Shown: positions 27,784 to 32,000 of the stretch, one piece after another
Layout of the letters: every line of letters starts with the position of its first letter
Position numbering within the stretch: position 1 is the first letter of the stretch
Origin: Ferroglobus placidus DSM 10642
GTDB taxonomy: Archaea > Halobacteriota > Archaeoglobi > Archaeoglobales > Archaeoglobaceae
Assembly: GCF_000025505.1 (NCBI RefSeq)
Contig: NC_013849.1
Span: 1,230,001-1,262,000, forward strand
Reading direction: 5' to 3'
Length of the DNA: 32,000 bases
Notes under the pieces: model-generated
Told to the model about the DNA's origin: nothing
The model's input: the letters and a program-made list of their open reading frames with translations, nothing else
Databases searched by the model: none
Position numbers and translations under genes: made by a program

Positions 27784-29298
27784 ATGGGAGAGGAAAAGTA
27801 TGAGGAGAAGTACATCGAACTTGAGATTAACGACATAAAAGACACGCTGTTGCCGAGACCTTGGCCAGTAACCCCTCCGAGGAAGAAAGAAGAAATCTAC
27901 GCTCCCTGGGTAAAGGATCCGAGAGATCCGGATGGAAGCTACGGGAAATTTATCGAGGAAAACATAAGCTGGGAAAAAGCTGAAGGAAAGCCTTGGGCGT
28001 TGGACGGAATAACAGTTTTGGACTGCACGATATGGGGGCTGGCTGGAGCTACAGCCGGAAGCTACTTAGCCGAACTCGGAGCTGAAGTTATTAAAGTTGA
28101 ACCCATTACCGGCGATCCGCAGAGGTATCTGTATCCCTTCGGTAGAGAAGAGTACGCTTTCGAAGACATCTACACCGGCGAAAAAGTCAGCCCGACATTT
28201 ATCCACGAGCAGAGGAACAAATATTCGATAACGCTAAATCTGGAACACCCGAAAGGAAGAGAGCTTTTCAAGAGACTTGCGGCTAAAGCTGATATAGTTC
28301 TTGAGAACTATCCTCCCGGAACTTTCGATGAGTGGGGAATCGGCTACAGACAGCTCAGCAAGATAAACCCGAGGCTGATCTACGTGTGGTTCGGGCAGCT
28401 CGGACAGTGGGGCAGCATGAAGGACAGAACTTCAAAGTACGGACAGTGGATGCTCGATCCCGTTGGAATGGCGGCCAGCGAATACATACACTCTACAGGT
28501 TTTCCGGCTGACTTGCTGCCGAGAGAGAAAGGAGGAAATCCGACGAGATCGGGAGAGTGGATAGCTGATATCGTCGCTGGAGTTTGGGGGACTGTGGCGA
28601 TTCTTGCTGCGTTGTATTACAGAGAAAACGTGAGCAACAGAGGACAGTTCATAGAGGTGGCGGCAGCCGAAGCTCTCATGGAGATTCTCGACTTCAACAT
28701 AAGCTGGTACGCTTTCGACGGAAGCATTAAAGCGAGAATCGGTGGATGGGATCCAAATCTAAACCAGTACGCTTGGAACCCTTGCAGGGACGGTTACATG
28801 ATGATAGGCGGGCAGTCTGACAGACTCTGGTACAGAATACTGCAAGTTATAGCTCAGGAAGATCCGGAGGGAGCGAGGTTGATAGCTGAAGACCCCTTCC
28901 TCAAAGAAATGGCAGCGAGAAACGCTCTTGAAGGGCTTATAAAGACGTACACAGTTACAGCTCACTGGCTTACGAAGAACACGAGAGCAGAAGCAGAGGT
29001 AAAGATGAACGCGAGAGAGGTTGCGGCAGCTCCAGTTTTGATGATAGACGAGGTGGCTGAGTACGAGCACTTCATCTACAGGAGGCACGTCACAGAAGTT
29101 TACGACGAGCACTACGGAAGAGTCCTCATAGCTAATTCGCCTTTGGCTCATCAGCACAAGACTCCCGCGAGAGTTAAATGGGTTGGCAGACCTCTCGGTC
29201 TCGACAACGGAGAAATCTTCGCCAAGTATCTCGGCTTAGGTCCTGAGGAGATTAAGAAGCTCGCGAAGGAAGGAGTTACGACTTGGTATCACGAGTGA
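27784..29298 (+). CDS. family III CoA-transferase, BbsE-like long form
   Basis: [41 protein letters not shown]...[38 protein letters not shown]; RBS GGAGGTGA before ATG 27784. Confidence 0.85.
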   Translation: MGEEKYEEKYIELEINDIKDTLLPRPWPVTPPRKKEEIYAPWVKDPRDPDGSYGKFIEENISWEKAEGKPWALDGITVLDCTIWGLAGATAGSYLAELGAEVIKVEPITGDPQRYLYPFGREEYAFEDIYTGEKVSPTFIHEQRNKYSITLNLEHPKGRELFKRLAAKADIVLENYPPGTFDEWGIGYRQLSKINPRLIYVWFGQLGQWGSMKDRTSKYGQWMLDPVGMAASEYIHSTGFPADLLPREKGGNPTRSGEWIADIVAGVWGTVAILAALYYRENVSNRGQFIEVAAAEALMEILDFNISWYAFDGSIKARIGGWDPNLNQYAWNPCRDGYMMIGGQSDRLWYRILQVIAQEDPEGARLIAEDPFLKEMAARNALEGLIKTYTVTAHWLTKNTRAEAEVKMNAREVAAAPVLMIDEVAEYEHFIYRRHVTEVYDEHYGRVLIANSPLAHQHKTPARVKWVGRPLGLDNGEIFAKYLGLGPEEIKKLAKEGVTTWYHE

Positions 29299-29309
29299 GG
29301 TGGTTTCGA

Positions 29310-30740
29310 ATGAATGAGGAGATGAAGTGGTATAAACAGGAAGGTAGCTGGAGTTTCGATCCGCCGGTTGATAAAGACCCAGAAACTGGGGAGGATCTTG
29401 AGAAGATCCCCTTCGAAGAGTACTGTAAAAAGATCTTCGATCCTAACAAGGTTTGGGACAAGCCAGAGGCTTTGAAAGGCTGGAGACACATCTCAGCGAC
29501 GATGTACATCCTCTCTCCTCACGTCGGAGCAACTCTCGGTGAATTTGGAGCTGAAGTGATAAAGATCGAATTGCCGAAGCTCGGAGACCCGATGAGGCAC
29601 ACGTCTCCTTTCAACGAGGTTTACCTCTGGCCGGAAACAGATCATAGACCGATGACCGGAACCGGAATGGGTTACCTTCACGCTAACGACAACAAGTACT
29701 TCGTCACACTCGATTATCACGCTCCGGAAGCTAAGGAGATAGTCTACGATCTCGTCAGAATTTCCGACAGCTTAGCGGAATGTTACAGACCGGGAACTTT
29801 CTACAGGTGGGGCATAGGATATCCGCAGCTCAAAGAAGTTAATCCGAGGCTGATCTACATCTGGCTCGGAGGTTTCGGAAACTACGGACCGAGAAGGTAC
29901 GGAGGAAGCTACGACATTCTCGGGCAAGCTGTAGGTGGTTTAGCAGCCATAACTGGCTGGCACGAAGATTTCGGAGGTCATCCAGCGAAGCAGACGAACT
30001 GGCTGATCGACTGGTATTCCGGACTGATCGGTGTCATTGGCGTTTTAGCTGCAGCTCACTACAGGAGAAAGACCGGCGAAGGAACTTTCATCGACCTCAG
30101 CCAGATAAGTTGCTCCACAAGAGCTACCGGCTACGCTTTCCCGCTTTACGGAAGATTTGGTGTCGTGAGGCAAAGGTGGGGTAACTGGGACACTCTACTT
30201 TGCGTCCACGGAGTCATAATGGTTGGAAAGACCGACGATCCGGAGCATCCCAACCCGCAGATAAGTGAAGAAAGCAGATATGTCTTCGTTTCAGCCTTCC
30301 AAGACGAGGACTTCAGAGAACTCTGCTACGTCATCGGCAGACCGGATCTCTGGGAGAAGTACTGCAGCTTAAAGGAGAGGTTGAAGCCTGAAGCCCAGAT
30401 AGAAATTTACAGGGCTCTCGAGGAGTGGGCGGCTGACAAGTCGAGGAGCGAAGTTGTGGAGATTCTCAACAACGCTGGCTTGATAGCTGTGCCGGTCTTC
30501 TCGGCTAAAGACGTTTACGAGTGCGACCACTACTGGGAGAGAGGAACGCTCAGATGGGTAGAAGATCCGATATTCGGTCACGTGCTCGTTCACGGAGCTA
30601 CAGTAAAGATGAGCGAAACTCCGCCGAGGATAAAGTGGATCTGGAGACCGATTGGAGCGGACAACATCAGAATCTACCACGAACTGCTCGGCTATCCGCT
30701 GAGCAAGCTGAAGGAGTTGTGGGAGAAGGGAGTAATCTGA
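29310..30740 (+). CDS. family III CoA-transferase, BbsF-like long form
   Basis: [26 protein letters not shown]...[35 protein letters not shown]; paralogous to the preceding ORF; ATG at 29310 preferred. Confidence 0.85.
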   Translation: MNEEMKWYKQEGSWSFDPPVDKDPETGEDLEKIPFEEYCKKIFDPNKVWDKPEALKGWRHISATMYILSPHVGATLGEFGAEVIKIELPKLGDPMRHTSPFNEVYLWPETDHRPMTGTGMGYLHANDNKYFVTLDYHAPEAKEIVYDLVRISDSLAECYRPGTFYRWGIGYPQLKEVNPRLIYIWLGGFGNYGPRRYGGSYDILGQAVGGLAAITGWHEDFGGHPAKQTNWLIDWYSGLIGVIGVLAAAHYRRKTGEGTFIDLSQISCSTRATGYAFPLYGRFGVVRQRWGNWDTLLCVHGVIMVGKTDDPEHPNPQISEESRYVFVSAFQDEDFRELCYVIGRPDLWEKYCSLKERLKPEAQIEIYRALEEWAADKSRSEVVEILNNAGLIAVPVFSAKDVYECDHYWERGTLRWVEDPIFGHVLVHGATVKMSETPPRIKWIWRPIGADNIRIYHELLGYPLSKLKELWEKGVI

Positions 30741-30753
30741 GGGGGTGGTTTAG

Positions 30754-31254
30754 TTGGTTTATTACTGGGAGCACGAATGCGGATGGGTGAACTACCTCGA
30801 CCCCTACTACTTCTGGAACTGGGAAGGGAAGGTAAAGTGTGCCGGCTGCGACAAGGTGGCTTACTTCAAATTCGTCAACGGAGAACTGCTCGAATACAGA
30901 GAGGTTGACGAAGAACCAGACATCCTCCCGCTTTACGCTGACAATCCGAATGAGGGATACATTTCGATAAAAGTCGGAACTGAAGGAAAAACGAGACCTT
31001 TCAGAGGGCTGATGAGAGATCCGAAGACTTACACCGGAGAAGCGAGAACGAGAACTGAGAACTTTGCCGGAAAGTTCATAAGAGCAATGCCCAACCAGCC
31101 GAAGAAGGCTGGATTTGCGGAAAGCAGAAGGTTCGCGTGGATCGACAGAACGAAAAGCATCGAAGTCTGGGGCAAGGATAAGTATCCCGGCAAACCGGTT
31201 TACGGCAAGTTTAAGGTCGGTGAAGTTGCTGAAGAAGAGCATGTGGAGGAGTGA
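30754..31254 (+). CDS. hypothetical protein with single CxxC pair, CoA-transferase operon
   Basis: WNWEGKVKCAGCDKVAYFKFVNGELLEYREVDE...; TTG start preceded by GGGGGTGG. Confidence 0.65.
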   Translation: MVYYWEHECGWVNYLDPYYFWNWEGKVKCAGCDKVAYFKFVNGELLEYREVDEEPDILPLYADNPNEGYISIKVGTEGKTRPFRGLMRDPKTYTGEARTRTENFAGKFIRAMPNQPKKAGFAESRRFAWIDRTKSIEVWGKDKYPGKPVYGKFKVGEVAEEEHVEE

Positions 31255-31259
31255 TAACC

Positions 31260-31520
31260 ATGAGCTCTCACGTCGAATTTAGCTTTCCGAAAGATGCTGG
31301 TCCAAAGCCAGCTGTTTGGACGAAAGAGCAGGAGGAGTTCGTCAAGCAGTTCCCGCACATATGCAAGGAATGCAAATGGCTCAAACCGATAATTCCCAAC
31401 ACCAAGTACCCTCCCGCCGATCTGGTAGGCTACTGCAAGATTATACACTGGCCCTTCTACTGGTGCGTAAGCAAGTACACTATAGTTAAGAAGTGCAAGT
31501 GGTTTGAAAAGAGGGAATAG
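31260..31520 (+). CDS. small Cys-rich protein, candidate FeS protein resembling glycyl-radical-enzyme small subunits
   Basis: HICKECKWLKPIIPNTKYPPADLVGYCKIIHWPFYWCVSKYTIVKKCKWFEKRE (C-x2-C-x20-C-x9-C-x9-C). Confidence 0.6.
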   Translation: MSSHVEFSFPKDAGPKPAVWTKEQEEFVKQFPHICKECKWLKPIIPNTKYPPADLVGYCKIIHWPFYWCVSKYTIVKKCKWFEKRE

Positions 31521-31553
31521 CTTTAAATCTACCAAAATTTTTAACATTTTTTA

Positions 31554-31682
31554 ATGAAGTGCATTTACGATCCAGCGGTCGATTGCATCTACGAAGATTT
31601 CAGCGAGGAAAGGTGTAGGAGCTGTCCGATTTACGAGGCGATTGTTGAGGGAGCTAAGGGGTGTGGTAGCGTTGAGTTCTGA
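31554..31682 (+). CDS. small Cys-rich protein (42 aa)
   Basis: MKCIYDPAVDCIYEDFSEERCRSCPIYEAIVEGAKGCGSVEF*; TTTAAA element about 30 nt upstream; overlaps next ORF. Below the ORF-track length cutoff. Confidence 0.55.
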   Translation: MKCIYDPAVDCIYEDFSEERCRSCPIYEAIVEGAKGCGSVEF

Positions 31683-31926
31683 AATTAATAGGGCTAAGGA
31701 GCTCGTTGAGAGGTGGTTTAAAAGCTACGCGGAGAAAGCTGACGAAACTGCGGTGGAGCTTTTCTCAGACGACATCGAAGTTATCGATAGCTGGGCGAAT
31801 TCTATGCTGATGGCCGGTAGAATAAGTAACGAAGAGTACTGGGATCTTATCACCTTTTGCGAAGAAAAGCTCGAAGAACTTAAAAGGTTAGCCGGAGTTG
31901 AAAGCTTGGACATGCGTTTCAAGTAG
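31672..31926 (+). CDS. small acidic hypothetical protein
   Basis: TTG start giving (M)SSEINRAKELVERWFKSYAEKADETAVELFSDDIEVIDSWANSMLMAG...; overlaps the Cys-rich ORF by 11 nt. Confidence 0.55.
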   Translation: MSSEINRAKELVERWFKSYAEKADETAVELFSDDIEVIDSWANSMLMAGRISNEEYWDLITFCEEKLEELKRLAGVESLDMRFK

Positions 31927-32000
31927 CGTCGTAGATCCACACGACATCGAGTTTATCGACGTAGCAGTTAACTCCGATCAATTCCGCAAGGCTCGGTTTC

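Noticed and set aside
28759-29720. Minus-strand ORFs 28759..29157, 29276..29509 and 29493..29720
   Set aside because: Antisense shadows of the CoA-transferase genes, lacking motifs or promoters.
31927-32000. Possible gene start at the right edge (...VSSSVVDPHDIEFIDVAVNSDQFRKARF)
   Set aside because: Open frame runs off the window with no clear start or family; not reportable as a feature.
1-32000. CRISPR arrays, tRNA/rRNA genes, insertion sequences, restriction/toxin defence systems
   Set aside because: No regularly spaced repeats, cloverleaf-like sequences, transposase motifs or defence gene signatures were recognised by eye.

Overview
The window is from a euryarchaeon. Leaderless TATA-box promoters, an archaellum operon, RadA, TmcA and geranylgeranyl-reductase genes are all present, and family content fits Archaeoglobales (inference, not proven). 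From left to right: a NrfD / 4Fe-4S / tetraheme cytochrome c electron-transfer module (minus strand, incomplete at the left edge); a queC-queE-queD preQ0 (archaeosine) cluster; a geranylgeranyl-reductase-family gene; a wHTH regulator coupled to an M20 peptidase; a short structured RNA that fits an archaeal H/ACA guide sRNA; radA; a tightly packed KaiC-like ATPase / roadblock-like / FIST-like trio; a UbiA prenyltransferase; tmcA; ASCH and DUF502 genes; a full archaellum operon (flaB, C, D/E, F, G, H, I, J) followed by a coupled wHTH regulator and methyltransferase pair; a hotdog thioesterase; a metallo-beta-lactamase-TPR fusion; and an operon with two long family-III (BbsE/BbsF-like) CoA-transferases plus two small proteins, one with a Cys pattern resembling glycyl-radical-enzyme small subunits. 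The most notable observations are the unannotated H/ACA-like RNA at 7466-7524 (minus), with a near-complementary predicted target in the 23S peptidyl-transferase region; the KaiC/roadblock/FIST module; and the CoA-transferase operon with its palindrome over the TATA box.
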